Shown: one piece after another, positions 50,056-60,355 of the stretch | Layout: each line of letters starts with the position of its first letter | How positions within the stretch are numbered: the first letter of the stretch is position 1 | Assembly (NCBI GenBank): GCA_041937175.2 | Contig: CP166615.1 | Coordinates: 352,001 to 416,000 of the forward strand | DNA from: Limnothrix sp. BL-A-16 | Lineage (GTDB): Bacteria > Cyanobacteriota > Cyanobacteriia > CACIAM-69d | Direction: 5' to 3' | Length of the DNA stretch: 64,000 nt | Notes under the pieces: model-generated | The model's database searches: none | Told to the model about the DNA's origin: nothing | Seen by the model: only the letters and a program-made list of their open reading frames with translations | Translations under genes and position numbers: made by a program

Positions 50056-50372
50056 TTGGCTTTCGATTCCTTTGGGCTTTCTGTTTATTTTCATCTTTAT
50101 TACTGCTGGCTCAAGCTAAAACGCCGAATTGCCTATTTTGGTTTTTGTATTCCGTTTTTGTATTCCAAAGATCTTGTCTTGCGCTTAGCAAACTGATAGG
50201 CGGCTTTCGTTTTGCGGAACTAATTGAGAATTTCCTGATTTTTAGACCGTTTTTGAGCAAATTCGATTGACTTTCCCTGGGGGCATGAGTATCATCTTGC
50301 TCAATAAATCCTAAAAGCCGATCGGAATACCGGGGTTTATAAAAACAGCCTGCCCCCTTTCAGCCAAGCACC

Positions 50373-51527
50373 ATGCGATTGTCTCTCCTCCAATCCCTGC
50401 AAGCTCTCCGCTCACAGCTCAATCCCCTGAACTCAAAGGCCCACCGCCTTGGTCGCCGCACAGCCCTGCGATCGATCGCCCTAGCCGTGGCCAGCGGACT
50501 CAGCGTTTTGGCGCTGTCGCCCACCAGCACCAATGCAGCAAGCGCACGCCTAGGCAATCCGTCTCCCCAAAATCAGCCGTTACAAATCAGCCAGAACAAG
50601 CCTGTAGAAATTACCCTGGTGACCTATGCCGTTACCAGAGCTGCCTACGACAAAATCATTCCGTTGTTTGTGGAGAAATGGAAACGCGAACAGGGACAGG
50701 ATGTTGTTATTAATGCCAGCTATGGTGGTTCTGGATCCCAGACGCGCGCCGTTTTGGACGGTCTAGAAGCGGACGTGGTGGCGTTGGCCTTGGCCGCAGA
50801 TACCAAGCGCATTGAAAAGGGCGGTTTGATTAACCCCGGCTGGGAAAGCGAAGCGCCTAATAATGGGATTGTGACGCGATCGGTGATTGCGTTCGTCACC
50901 CGTCAGGGCAATCCCAAAGGCGTGCGAAATTGGCCAGACTTGCTGAAGCCTGAGGTCAGCATCATTACCGCCAATCCCAAAACTTCCGGGGTGGCTCGTT
51001 GGAACTTCTTGGGCCTTTGGGGATCGATTTCCCATACCGGCGGCAGCGAAGAACAGGCCTTGGACTACGTGCGGCAAATTTATCGCAAGGTGCCAGTGCT
51101 GCCCAAGGATGCCCGTGAGTCATCGGATGTATTTTTCCGAGCCAACCAAGGCGATGTGTTGCTGAACTATGAAAACGAAGTGATTTTGGCCGGGCTACAA
51201 GGCCAACAATCCCTGTTTTATGTGGTTCCGCAAACCAACATTTCGATCGAGGGGCCCGTTGCTGTAGTTGACAAAAATGTTGACCGGCATGGAACTCGGG
51301 CAGTGTCGGAAGCCTTCGTGAAATTCCTATTCACGCCAGAAGCCCAGCGCGAGTTTGCCAAAGTCGGCTTCCGCCCTGTTGATCCCACTGTTGCCCGCGA
51401 GTTTGAAAACAAATTTCCCAAGGTGAACAAACTCTACACGGTTAATGACTTTGGTGGATGGGATGCTGTCAACAAAAAGTTCTTTGATGAGGGTGCAATC
51501 TTCGACCAAATCTATACCAACCGCTAA
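50373..51527 (+). CDS. sbp: Sulfate ABC transporter substrate-binding protein
   Basis: SYGGSGSQTRAV.DGLEADVV.LAL, ANPKTSG.ARWNFL, GDVLLNYENE, FGGW. Confidence 0.93.
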   Translation: MRLSLLQSLQALRSQLNPLNSKAHRLGRRTALRSIALAVASGLSVLALSPTSTNAASARLGNPSPQNQPLQISQNKPVEITLVTYAVTRAAYDKIIPLFVEKWKREQGQDVVINASYGGSGSQTRAVLDGLEADVVALALAADTKRIEKGGLINPGWESEAPNNGIVTRSVIAFVTRQGNPKGVRNWPDLLKPEVSIITANPKTSGVARWNFLGLWGSISHTGGSEEQALDYVRQIYRKVPVLPKDARESSDVFFRANQGDVLLNYENEVILAGLQGQQSLFYVVPQTNISIEGPVAVVDKNVDRHGTRAVSEAFVKFLFTPEAQREFAKVGFRPVDPTVAREFENKFPKVNKLYTVNDFGGWDAVNKKFFDEGAIFDQIYTNR

Positions 51528-51612
51528 TGAAAGATGCTTTTGATCAATATCAGAAGTAATCAATTTTCTGGAGTGGCTTGACTGGTTTGTTGAAGAATGT
51601 CGAGGTTAATTC

Positions 51613-51666
51613 AAAGGCAGTTTTTGCAAGTTTACAGAAATGAGTGAATTTGCAAAGACAGCCTTT
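51613..51666. terminator. Long imperfect hairpin between sbp and the TonB-like gene
   Basis: aaaggcagtttttgcaagtttac ... gtgaatttgcaaagacagccttt. Confidence 0.5.
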
Positions 51667-51798
51667 CCTTATGAGCAAAGATACTGATCCCGAATGACTT
51701 GATTTTTCTAGTGATGTTTGTGTAGTTTTGTTTGCATTTATTGCTTGTCTCTCGTGATCTATAAGTTACTTTGACGCTTCCTTCCTCGCTCCCTAATC

Positions 51799-52983
51799 GT
51801 GGCTTTACCTAAACTGTTTCCTTCATTACCGAATCTGGATTCTCTGGCTTTTGAACGAAAGACCGGAGCGTTTCAGCCCTCGATCGAGGTCGATTTGGCG
51901 GCGACTCCTGACGATGACGATTCGCCCGAGGCGATCGCCTGGTTGCATGTTTTAGAAAGTCCGGTTCCACAATCGAAGAAATTGTTTTGGGGCACGATGG
52001 CTTTGGCCTTGGGTCTGCATCTGGTGCTCGGTTTCATCTCAACGGGAGACGAGGCAAAAGCACCGCCGACTAATCCTCAAGAAAAAAAGGTGCGCATCGT
52101 GCAATTGCCCATGCCGGGACAGCCGATCGCGAAGGCAGCACCGCTGACACCAGCACGGCCCACACCACCCGCGCGATCGCCCATCCAACGACCGGCTATT
52201 AGTCGCCCCGCCGCGCGGCCAGCCCAGCGCCCGATCGTGCAGCGCCCTCGCCAAACCCCGCCACCCGCGACGACCCCGCCTGCCACCACGCCACCGGCCA
52301 CCAGCGCACCCACGACCACCACGCCACCCGCGACGGGAGCCAATCCCTGGCAGGATTTTCCGCAATACCCAGGGGCAAAACCAGGGTGCTTTAATTTGCA
52401 GTCTTGCCTCAGCACGGGCAAATCTTTAGCAGAAGTGTCGCAGTTTTTCCAGAAGGAATTGGCGGCTCGCAAGTATGCTGTGCAACCAGCTAATGGCAGT
52501 GCTAACGGTGGGATTGTTTTGCAGGTTTCCCGTGATGGGCTAACGCAATTTCTGAGCATTTTGAATGCGGAAGAATTGGGGGCAATTTATGTTTTGTCAG
52601 AGCAGCCCGTTGGCTTGGGAGACTTGACCAAGGCGATCGAAGTTCCGAATGAAATCTACAGTGTGCTGAGTGGCTTGGCGGCAGAGGATGCGAGTGCTGC
52701 TCAGTTTGCTCAGCCCAATGATTTCTTCCCGGCTGGCACAGTTCGATCGGAAATTGCGGCCATGAAGTTTGTGGCCGGTGAAGATCCCGCGACGTTCTTT
52801 GATGCCTATTTCCGTACCAACCTGGTTAACAACGGCTTTGATCCCCAAGAAACCAATCAGCAATATGGCGGTGGTTTTGTTTATCGCGTGAAAAAGGCAA
52901 GTTTGGTGCTTTACCTCAACCTAGTGCCAACGGCCGATAACAGTGGCACGATTGTAGTTGTTTGGCGGGTTGCACCCCAATAA
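51799..52983 (+). CDS. TonB-like membrane-anchored Pro-rich protein with atypical C-terminal domains
   Basis: Single TM ALALGLHLVLGF, VRIVQLP, Pro/Thr-rich linker, duplicated alpha/beta C-terminal region; directly upstream of exbB-exbD. Confidence 0.7.
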   Translation: MALPKLFPSLPNLDSLAFERKTGAFQPSIEVDLAATPDDDDSPEAIAWLHVLESPVPQSKKLFWGTMALALGLHLVLGFISTGDEAKAPPTNPQEKKVRIVQLPMPGQPIAKAAPLTPARPTPPARSPIQRPAISRPAARPAQRPIVQRPRQTPPPATTPPATTPPATSAPTTTTPPATGANPWQDFPQYPGAKPGCFNLQSCLSTGKSLAEVSQFFQKELAARKYAVQPANGSANGGIVLQVSRDGLTQFLSILNAEELGAIYVLSEQPVGLGDLTKAIEVPNEIYSVLSGLAAEDASAAQFAQPNDFFPAGTVRSEIAAMKFVAGEDPATFFDAYFRTNLVNNGFDPQETNQQYGGGFVYRVKKASLVLYLNLVPTADNSGTIVVVWRVAPQ

Positions 52984-53112
52984 AGTATCAACCCAGGATG
53001 ACTCTAGGCGATCGCTTGCTCAATTTCTAATGATCAATTCTCAAAGGATATGAATTAATTGATTGCCCTATCGTAGCCATTGTTCAGGAACCCCAATAGG
53101 AGCTAAGAATCG

Positions 53113-53841
53113 ATGTCCAATTTGTTTCAGTTGATTGCAGTTGGTGGGCCGGTGATGATTCCCATTGTGGGAATGTCGATCGCCACAGTGGGTTGCGGAC
53201 TAGAGCGATCGTGGTTTTGGTATCAACTATTGAGCCGCGAAGATCGAATTGTACGGGAAGTCTTAGAAGCCGCCCACTACGATTTGGCAGATGCAGCGGC
53301 GATCGCCCGCCAAGCCAAAGAATTGCCGATCGGGCGGTTTTTATTAGCCCCTTTGCGGCTCCAAGATCCCACCCCAGAAACCTTTCGCCTCGCCCTGGAA
53401 ACAGCAGCCGATCGCGAGTTTATTGAAATGCATCGCGGGGACAAACTCCTCGAAAGCGTTGTGGGCATTGCCCCACTCCTGGGGCTGTTGGGAACAGTAA
53501 CCGGCTTGATTGCTACCTTTGCCAACCTCAACATCGGCGGATCTGGAGGGGCTGAAGAAGCCAGTAAAGCAGCAGCCGGGATTGGGGAAGCCCTCACCAC
53601 AACAGCCGGAGGAATGATCGCGGCGATTTTAGCCTTAAGCATTCTCAGAATCTTAGTAACTTTCCAAACTAAGCAAATGCAGTACTTCTCCCAGGTAGGC
53701 GCTGCCCTCGAACTGATTTATCGGCAGGTTTGGTATGAAGCCAGCCGAGACAATTCAAATGTGAATGCATCAGAAACAGAATCCGACTCAAGCTTGAATG
53801 GTGTCAATCTAAGATCTGAAAAAGCTGCAACAACTAACTAG
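53113..53841 (+). CDS. exbB: MotA/TolQ/ExbB proton channel protein
   Basis: GGPVMIPI, APLLGLLGTVTGLI..F, GIGEALTTTAGG; AGGAG RBS. Confidence 0.9.
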   Translation: MSNLFQLIAVGGPVMIPIVGMSIATVGCGLERSWFWYQLLSREDRIVREVLEAAHYDLADAAAIARQAKELPIGRFLLAPLRLQDPTPETFRLALETAADREFIEMHRGDKLLESVVGIAPLLGLLGTVTGLIATFANLNIGGSGGAEEASKAAAGIGEALTTTAGGMIAAILALSILRILVTFQTKQMQYFSQVGAALELIYRQVWYEASRDNSNVNASETESDSSLNGVNLRSEKAATTN

Positions 53842-53914
53842 CTCATGCCAAGTTAAGTCATGAATAAAGCTTGATCGATGCAGAGCAAAAAGCAGTTTTC
53901 TAGGAGCACATGCT

Positions 53915-54340
53915 ATGTATTCTCGCAATCGCCGTAATCAGCCTTCTTCGCAAATTCCTGAGGTTAACTTGGTACCCATGATGGATGTAATCATGACCAT
54001 TTTGACCTTTTTTATCATTGTCTCCATGACCTTGACGGGGAATAATAGCGCCCTAAAAATTAACCTGCCCAAGGCGGATGCGCCCCCAGCCAGCAAAGAA
54101 AAAACGCCCGATCCGTTGATGGTGAGCCTGTCCAATACTGGGCAAATTTCGGTGGGTAGCCAACTGGTTTCCGAAGCAGACTTGATCTCGCAAGTGCAAA
54201 CCTATTTGAGCAAAAGCCCCGAAGGTGCTGTTTTATTAAAAGCCGATAACAAAGTTGCCTATGAGCAACTCGCCAAACTCTTGGGTAAGTTGCAGAAAGC
54301 TGGGGGCGATCGCGTGTCATTGGCGATCGAGTCACCCTAG
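53915..54340 (+). CDS. exbD: ExbD/TolR family protein
   Basis: EVNLVPMMDV, INLPKA, LLKAD..VAY; AGGAG RBS. Confidence 0.9.
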   Translation: MYSRNRRNQPSSQIPEVNLVPMMDVIMTILTFFIIVSMTLTGNNSALKINLPKADAPPASKEKTPDPLMVSLSNTGQISVGSQLVSEADLISQVQTYLSKSPEGAVLLKADNKVAYEQLAKLLGKLQKAGGDRVSLAIESP

Positions 54341-54406
54341 ATAGTCATGAATTTTTAAAAACTTTAATTTGACTAAAATCTCGCTCTATTTCACTACTTA
54401 TTGATC

Positions 54407-55102
54407 ATGCTCATTAGCGCTCGACTGGCGATCGCCTTGGCTGGTTTGGGGCTGCTTCTAGGAGGCTGCTCCAAGCTCGATACGGAAAAAATTTCCGCTC
54501 AAATTCAGCAGGAATTACTCAACGCCAAAGTGCCGGTCAATCAGTTGCGTTGCCCAGCGAATTTAACCCCTCGGACGGGGCAAACCTTTGAATGTGTGGG
54601 CAAGCTGGAGCCGGAGGGCAATTTCTTTGTGGCCGTGACCCAAGTGGACGATCGGGCCACGATTCGTTGGGAAGTGATTAATTCTTGGCGACTGTTGGAT
54701 TTAGGTTCCTTGCAGTCGGATTTGCAAACAGCGTTGGCGGCCCAAGAGGCAATTAGTGGCCCCGCCAACAGCCTAAAAATTGACTGTGGACAACCCTATC
54801 GAGTGGTTTCACCGGGCGATCGCTTTGAATGCCAAGTGATCGGAGCAGGACAGGTGCGATCGATTACGGTCGATGTGCGTGACGAGGGGCAAATCACCTG
54901 GCAAACACCCCCACCTGCTTTGACGGCCCAACGGCCCAGCAATCCACCAGCCCAGGCGATCGCCCCCGACACCAGTCTCAACCCCGCCAGCACCGATCCC
55001 GCTACCGCCAACACACCGGCTGACCCGCGCCCTGCTCCAGCGGCCGCCCCAGCTCGGGGCTCGGCCAAGGATGCGACCGGCTGGACAGAATTAGCCGACT
55101 AA
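54407..55102 (+). CDS. Lipoprotein with two DUF4333-like domains
   Basis: Lipobox LGGC; repeats CP......GQTFEC and C......GDRFEC, each ending in I.W. Confidence 0.7.
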   Translation: MLISARLAIALAGLGLLLGGCSKLDTEKISAQIQQELLNAKVPVNQLRCPANLTPRTGQTFECVGKLEPEGNFFVAVTQVDDRATIRWEVINSWRLLDLGSLQSDLQTALAAQEAISGPANSLKIDCGQPYRVVSPGDRFECQVIGAGQVRSITVDVRDEGQITWQTPPPALTAQRPSNPPAQAIAPDTSLNPASTDPATANTPADPRPAPAAAPARGSAKDATGWTELAD

Positions 55103-55135
55103 CCGAGCTGAGTTGACCTCGGAGAACTCAGGCAC

Positions 55136-56272
55136 TTAATGGCCAACCCAAATCACTTCGGGGCCGTCTTCGTCGTCTTCCCAGTCTTCGTCGTCTTCCC
55201 AGTCCTCATCATCACTCAACTCAGTCCCATCACCGCGCAGGGGGCGATCGAGCAGGGTGGGCAACTCCAAAACAACGGGGCCTAACTCGTCGAGCCAATC
55301 CCAAACCCGCTGCAACAAGCCATCCAAGTTATGGCGGGTGGCGGCGGACACCTTCAGGATCGGTTCCGGGTGGTGGGGTTGCAGCTCTTCGATCAGGGTG
55401 TTGACCCAATCGGGATCCACCGCGTCCACTTTGTTAATGGCCAGGATTTGCGGGCGATCGGTCAGGCCACGTCCATAGGCCTGTAGCTCGTTTTGAATCG
55501 TGTGATAGGCCGCGATCGGGTCTTCTCCTGTGGCATCCACCAAGTGCAACAGCAGCCTTGTCCGTTCAATGTGCCGCAGAAACTCATGACCCAACCCTAG
55601 GCCCTCATGGGCCCCTTCAATTAAACCGGGAATGTCCGCAAACACCGTGCCATCGCCCGTGGGCCGGCGCACCACCCCCAAGTTCGGCACGAGGGTTGTG
55701 AAGGGATAGTCAGCAATTTTCGGCTTGGCCGCCGAGAGCGCGGAGATCATCGTGGACTTGCCCGCATTGGGCAGCCCCACGATCCCCACCTCCGCCAGCA
55801 GCTTTAGTTCCAAATACAGCCGAAATTCTTCGCCGGGTAACCCAGGTAGGGCCAATTCCGGGGCCCGGTTCCGGTTGCTCAGAAAATGGGCATTCCCGAG
55901 GCCACCCTTGCCCCCTTTGGCAATGCAAATCCGCTGGCCGGGTTGCACCAAATCGGCCACCAAAACTCGGGTGTTGGCATCATAAACCGCTGTTCCGCAG
56001 GGCACTTCCACCACCAAATCTTCGCCGCTGCGGCCGGTGCAATTGTTGGGGCCGCCGCGCATCCCGTCTTGGGCCTTGAAGCGGGCGTTGTAGCGAAAGT
56101 CCAGGAGAGTTTGCAGGCGATCGGTGGCGACGAAGTAGACGGAGCCGCCCCGCCCCCCGTTACCACCAGCGGGGCCCCCGGCGGGCACATATTTTTCCCG
56201 GCGAAAAGCAACGATGCCGTCGCCCCCGTTGCCAGCCTGGACGACGATTTCTGAGTGATCAATAAATTGCAT
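55136..56272 (-). CDS. obgE: GTPase ObgE/CgtA
   Basis: [48 protein letters not shown]; acidic DEDWED tail repeat. Confidence 0.97.
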   Translation of the reverse strand: MQFIDHSEIVVQAGNGGDGIVAFRREKYVPAGGPAGGNGGRGGSVYFVATDRLQTLLDFRYNARFKAQDGMRGGPNNCTGRSGEDLVVEVPCGTAVYDANTRVLVADLVQPGQRICIAKGGKGGLGNAHFLSNRNRAPELALPGLPGEEFRLYLELKLLAEVGIVGLPNAGKSTMISALSAAKPKIADYPFTTLVPNLGVVRRPTGDGTVFADIPGLIEGAHEGLGLGHEFLRHIERTRLLLHLVDATGEDPIAAYHTIQNELQAYGRGLTDRPQILAINKVDAVDPDWVNTLIEELQPHHPEPILKVSAATRHNLDGLLQRVWDWLDELGPVVLELPTLLDRPLRGDGTELSDDEDWEDDEDWEDDEDGPEVIWVGH

Positions 56273-56424
56273 GAAATAGTGGCGCGAAATGACGGGAAAG
56301 CAGCATTGGGGAAGTCCAGCAGCCCTGGCCGGGGATCGCAGATGATCCGGGAGATGAAGGCTCGCGATCGAACTAGCGTTGGCTTTGGGTTGGGCGGAGA
56401 TCCCCGATCGCCCCCAGAACCCAC

Positions 56425-57075
56425 CTAGCAGTAGGGGGTGATGTCTTCACCACAGTCGTCTGCCAAGTAGGAGAGAGCACGGAATCGCAACCCCATGAGC
56501 TGGTCGTAGAGTGGGTTGAGCTTGCACATGGGGGGAATGTGGGCCAGCTTGCGCCCAAAAACGATCACATCCCGCTCGAAGGGGCATTGGGAGGGGATCA
56601 TTTTACAGAGAAAGTGCGCAACTTTGGGATTGTGAATTTCCAAACCATCGAGCCAATGGCGCACGGGGTTGAGCACGTCGCCCCGGTGTGGGTCGGGGTG
56701 GGGCTGAATCGGCTCGGCACAATTGAGGGTTTGTTGCAGGGCTTCAAAGGCGGGAATTTTGCGGCCAAGGGCGGCGCTGAATTGCCGAATGAGCTGATCT
56801 TCGGAGTCGGAGTAAATGCCGTCAGCGATCGCCACCATCACGGCGGTGCGCAGGAAGTTGTCTGCGTGGTGGGGGTCGTCTCCGAGTTCGGCGGCTAGTT
56901 CTTCGGGGGTGAGGGGTTCGAGGATGGCTTCGGGCTCGAGGGTTTCGTGGGTGAGGGAGGTGATGATTTCCCGTTCTTCATCATCCAGATGCCCATCGGC
57001 CCAAGCAACGGTGGTCAAGCCGCGCAACCACAGCAGGGTACGAACGCGATCGGATGGTTCTGCCACAAGAGTCAT
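56425..57075 (-). CDS. TerB-like plus 'Mo-dependent nitrogenase C-terminal' domain protein
   Basis: AWADG....EE and VAIADG.YS..E (TerB-like); [13 protein letters not shown] and [11 protein letters not shown]. Confidence 0.85.
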   Translation of the reverse strand: MTLVAEPSDRVRTLLWLRGLTTVAWADGHLDDEEREIITSLTHETLEPEAILEPLTPEELAAELGDDPHHADNFLRTAVMVAIADGIYSDSEDQLIRQFSAALGRKIPAFEALQQTLNCAEPIQPHPDPHRGDVLNPVRHWLDGLEIHNPKVAHFLCKMIPSQCPFERDVIVFGRKLAHIPPMCKLNPLYDQLMGLRFRALSYLADDCGEDITPYC

Positions 57076-57271
57076 AAAAACTGACACCGTAATCGCAACT
57101 TTGTGTCTCAATCCCTTTGCGTCTTGATCAATATTCTAAGAGGGGCGATCGCGCCCTGGCCCGCAGTACCCACTTCTTTTAACAACTGATCTTTGAACAA
57201 CGGATCACAACTGTTTTAACAACTGAATCCGCTGGTGAATCTGGTCAAGGAATTGGGCTGATCGGTTGAAA

Positions 57272-58369
57272 CTATTGGGGGGCTGGCGGAGGTGGCTCCG
57301 GCTCAGTGCGCGAATCTGAGTGAATTTCTGAAACTTTGCTGACCAGAAATATGAGCCGGAACGGTTGACCCATGGCTTTTTCCAGAAATTCTTCGAGTAA
57401 TTGGGCTTGAAAGGGCGAGATGCTCTCGGCCGATTGAACGGTGAGGCGAACTTCTGGCGGGCTGGCCAGCCAGTTAACGCTGCTGTCAATGAGCTTCACG
57501 CGTCGGAAAGTGAGGGTGCGATCGAGCAGGGCTTGGCGCAAGCTGGCTTCTAGCCGGGCCTGGCGCACCAGCTCTGAAAAGCTGTAGGTTAGCGGCACGG
57601 CCAAGAGTAGGGTCATGCCCACGATTGCGGTGATGCCGTGGCGGCCGGTTCTCAGGGGCAGTTCCCCCAAAATCCAGAAGGTTAGGGCCGCTGCCAAGGC
57701 AATGCCACAGAGGTTGGTCAACAGCAGCAGGGCGGCCCCTTGGGCCAACAGACCATAGCCCTGGGAAATGGCGAGACCAACGGTGCAGGCGGGCGGCATC
57801 AGGGCCACGGCGATCGCGGTTCCTGCCACGGTTCCCGAAACCTTGGGTTGCACCATGGCGTAGGCGCTGACCGCTCCGGCCACGAGGGCCACGCCTAAAT
57901 CCAACAGGTTGGGATTGCCCCGGGCCAGCACTTCACTGCCAAAGGCGGGAATGCCTGCCAACCAACCAACCAAAGCGGACAGCCCGATCGCTGGCAGCAC
58001 GCCACAACTGAGACATCCAACACCCCGCCGAAACAGAGACCAATCGCCCGCCACAACACTCCAGGCGATCGCCCGAATGGGCAACATCAAGGGAGCGATG
58101 ATCATGGCCCCGATGATGACGGCGACGCTGTTGGCCAAGAGACCAAAGGAGGCAATCAGACAGGCGGCGATGACCTGGGTGAGGTAGGGGCGATCGATCC
58201 GAGAATCTTCCCAGAGCATGTGATTGAGCTGGGCCGATCGCTCCGGTGACAGGCGCTGCCACTGAATCAGCCGTTGGCTGGCGGCTGTTCCCCGTTGCCA
58301 GAGACCCGATCGACCAGCCTGCCACCACCATTGCCTGATCCACCCCGACTTGCGCTGCTTTTGCGCCAT
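57272..58369 (-). CDS. DUF389 family membrane protein
   Basis: GLLANSVAVIIGAMIIAPLMLP, R..PNLLDL.VAL..G, G.AIAVALMPP; ATG 58369 chosen as start. Confidence 0.88.
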   Translation of the reverse strand: MAQKQRKSGWIRQWWWQAGRSGLWQRGTAASQRLIQWQRLSPERSAQLNHMLWEDSRIDRPYLTQVIAACLIASFGLLANSVAVIIGAMIIAPLMLPIRAIAWSVVAGDWSLFRRGVGCLSCGVLPAIGLSALVGWLAGIPAFGSEVLARGNPNLLDLGVALVAGAVSAYAMVQPKVSGTVAGTAIAVALMPPACTVGLAISQGYGLLAQGAALLLLTNLCGIALAAALTFWILGELPLRTGRHGITAIVGMTLLLAVPLTYSFSELVRQARLEASLRQALLDRTLTFRRVKLIDSSVNWLASPPEVRLTVQSAESISPFQAQLLEEFLEKAMGQPFRLIFLVSKVSEIHSDSRTEPEPPPPAPQ

Positions 58370-58747
58370 GGACTGGCTCCTGATTGCTGGATTGCTGTGG
58401 GCTTGGCCGGCTCCATTATCGATCGTGCTTGGGGGAACTGACGGCGAGCCAGGATAGCACCAGGGGGGAGGATTTGGGGTCCCAATCCGCGCCAGTTGTT
58501 GATTGGGAGCGATTGGGAGAATGGGAGGGCGATCGGAACTGCCAATCGATCCCAAGCTCAGGGCATGGTTGGGGTAATCTTTAAAGAGGATGCAAAAAAA
58601 TTTCATGTTTCTTTAGCTTCCAGGGATTACGATTCAGGTTTGGATTCCTTAACCTGTGGAATTGACCCGCTGGAGTTGGACGAGCAGACCACCTAACGCC
58701 GCCGTCGCCAGTTGCCTCTTAATTTGCCACCCGCCTGGGGTTAAACC

Positions 58748-60223
58748 ATGGCCCTCGACCTGCCCGATCGCACCACCACAGACGCTTCACCTGCGCCCAT
58801 GCCACCGACCCCGATCGATGACGAGATCCTTGATCTGGATGACGAAGCTCTTGACCCTGGGGATGACCTGTGGCTCCCGGGAACCGCTTGGCTGAGCGGC
58901 CCCCGGGGGCTGTTGGTGGGTCTGGGGGCGGGGGTGTTGGTTAGCTTGGGGGTGAGCTTTGCTCTGGGGGGGCGCAATCCCCAGGCGCAACCCGCCGTGG
59001 CCCAACAGCCCGCGACGGCCACCGCGCCCCCGGCGACCGGCAGCGAACAGCCGGTGACCATTGCCACCGTGGAAGCCGCCCAAGTGAGCCGGACGATCGA
59101 AGCCAGCGGCACGATCGAGGCCCGTGAGCTAGTGCCAGTGCAACCGCCGGGCACCGGGCTAAAGGTGCTGCAAATTTTGGCCGATGAGGGGCAAGTGGTG
59201 CAGCAGGGGCAAACCCTGGCCATTGTGGATGATTCCTTGTTGCGCACTCAGTTGGGTCAAGCCCGCGCCCAGGCCTTGGAAGAGGAAGCGGCCCTGGCAA
59301 AGTTGCGCAGTGGGTTCCGGCCGGAGGAAATTGCCCAGGCCCGTGAGGCGGCCCGCCAGGCCGCAGCGGGGGTCGATCGCGCCAGGGCTGACCTGGCCCT
59401 TTCAAAGTTGCGGGTCGATCGCAACCAGTCCCTGGCTAACGAGGGGGCAATCTCGCGCGATCGACTGGATGAAGTGATTACCCGGGCCCGGGGCGACGAG
59501 GCGGCCCTCGAACAGGCCCAAGCCCGCTTTGCGGAAACCCAACAGCGCTACCGCCAGTTAGCCACCGGTAACCGCCGAGAAGACATCACCCAAGCAGAAG
59601 CCCGCTTTTTGCAAGCACGCGGCCGGGTGCGCCAAATCATGGAGCAGCTCAAAAATTCGCGCGTGTTGGCTCCCGCGCCAGGGGTGATTGTGAAGCGCGA
59701 AACCACCGTGGGTAATGTGACGGCTAATACACCCCTCTTCCAAATTGCAGCGGTGGGCAAGCTGGAACTGCATTTAAAAGTTCCCGAAACCCAACTGCGG
59801 GGCATCCAGCCGGGGCAACCGGTGCAGGCGATCGTGGATGCCACCCGGCAGGTGATTAATGGTCGGGTGCGTGAAATTGACCCCACGATCGACCCCCAAT
59901 CTCGCCTGGCCACGGTCAAGGTGGAACTGCAACCCTCGCCGGGTCTACGCACGGGGATGTTTTTGCGGGCCGCCGTGGGAGTTTCCATGGGTCGCGGCTT
60001 GGCGATTCCGGCCAAGGCGGTGTTGCCGCAGCCCGATGGCACGGCGATCGCCTATCGCTTGAACCCCGACAACACCGTCAGTGCCCAGCGCGTTGAAGTG
60101 GGCAAGGTGCTCCCCGATGGGCGGGTGGAAGTGCGCAGCGGGTTGCAAGCGGGCCAAGGAGTCGTGGTCAAGGGTGGGCCCTACCTCAAAGATGGCGATC
60201 GCGTGCGTGTAATGCCCAATTAA
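58748..60223 (+). CDS. RND efflux periplasmic adaptor (MFP)
   Basis: TM, lipoyl half-motifs (EGQVVQQGQTL, APAPGVI), long coiled coil (RPEEIAQA), GMFL, IPAKAV. Confidence 0.9.
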   Translation: MALDLPDRTTTDASPAPMPPTPIDDEILDLDDEALDPGDDLWLPGTAWLSGPRGLLVGLGAGVLVSLGVSFALGGRNPQAQPAVAQQPATATAPPATGSEQPVTIATVEAAQVSRTIEASGTIEARELVPVQPPGTGLKVLQILADEGQVVQQGQTLAIVDDSLLRTQLGQARAQALEEEAALAKLRSGFRPEEIAQAREAARQAAAGVDRARADLALSKLRVDRNQSLANEGAISRDRLDEVITRARGDEAALEQAQARFAETQQRYRQLATGNRREDITQAEARFLQARGRVRQIMEQLKNSRVLAPAPGVIVKRETTVGNVTANTPLFQIAAVGKLELHLKVPETQLRGIQPGQPVQAIVDATRQVINGRVREIDPTIDPQSRLATVKVELQPSPGLRTGMFLRAAVGVSMGRGLAIPAKAVLPQPDGTAIAYRLNPDNTVSAQRVEVGKVLPDGRVEVRSGLQAGQGVVVKGGPYLKDGDRVRVMPN

Positions 60224-60355
60224 ATACCCGCTGATGCTTGTTGATTAGTTGCTCAAATGCCCGTTGATGCCCGCTGATTAATTGCTCAAATGCCCGTTGG
60301 ATTGACGTTTCCAGATGCCTAATGCCGTCACTTCGGACGAACGGATTTTTAACCG

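Noticed and set aside
56425..57075. Nitrogen fixation gene
   Set aside because: The 'Mo-dependent nitrogenase C-terminal' name is a domain label; there are no nifHDK motifs or nif context.
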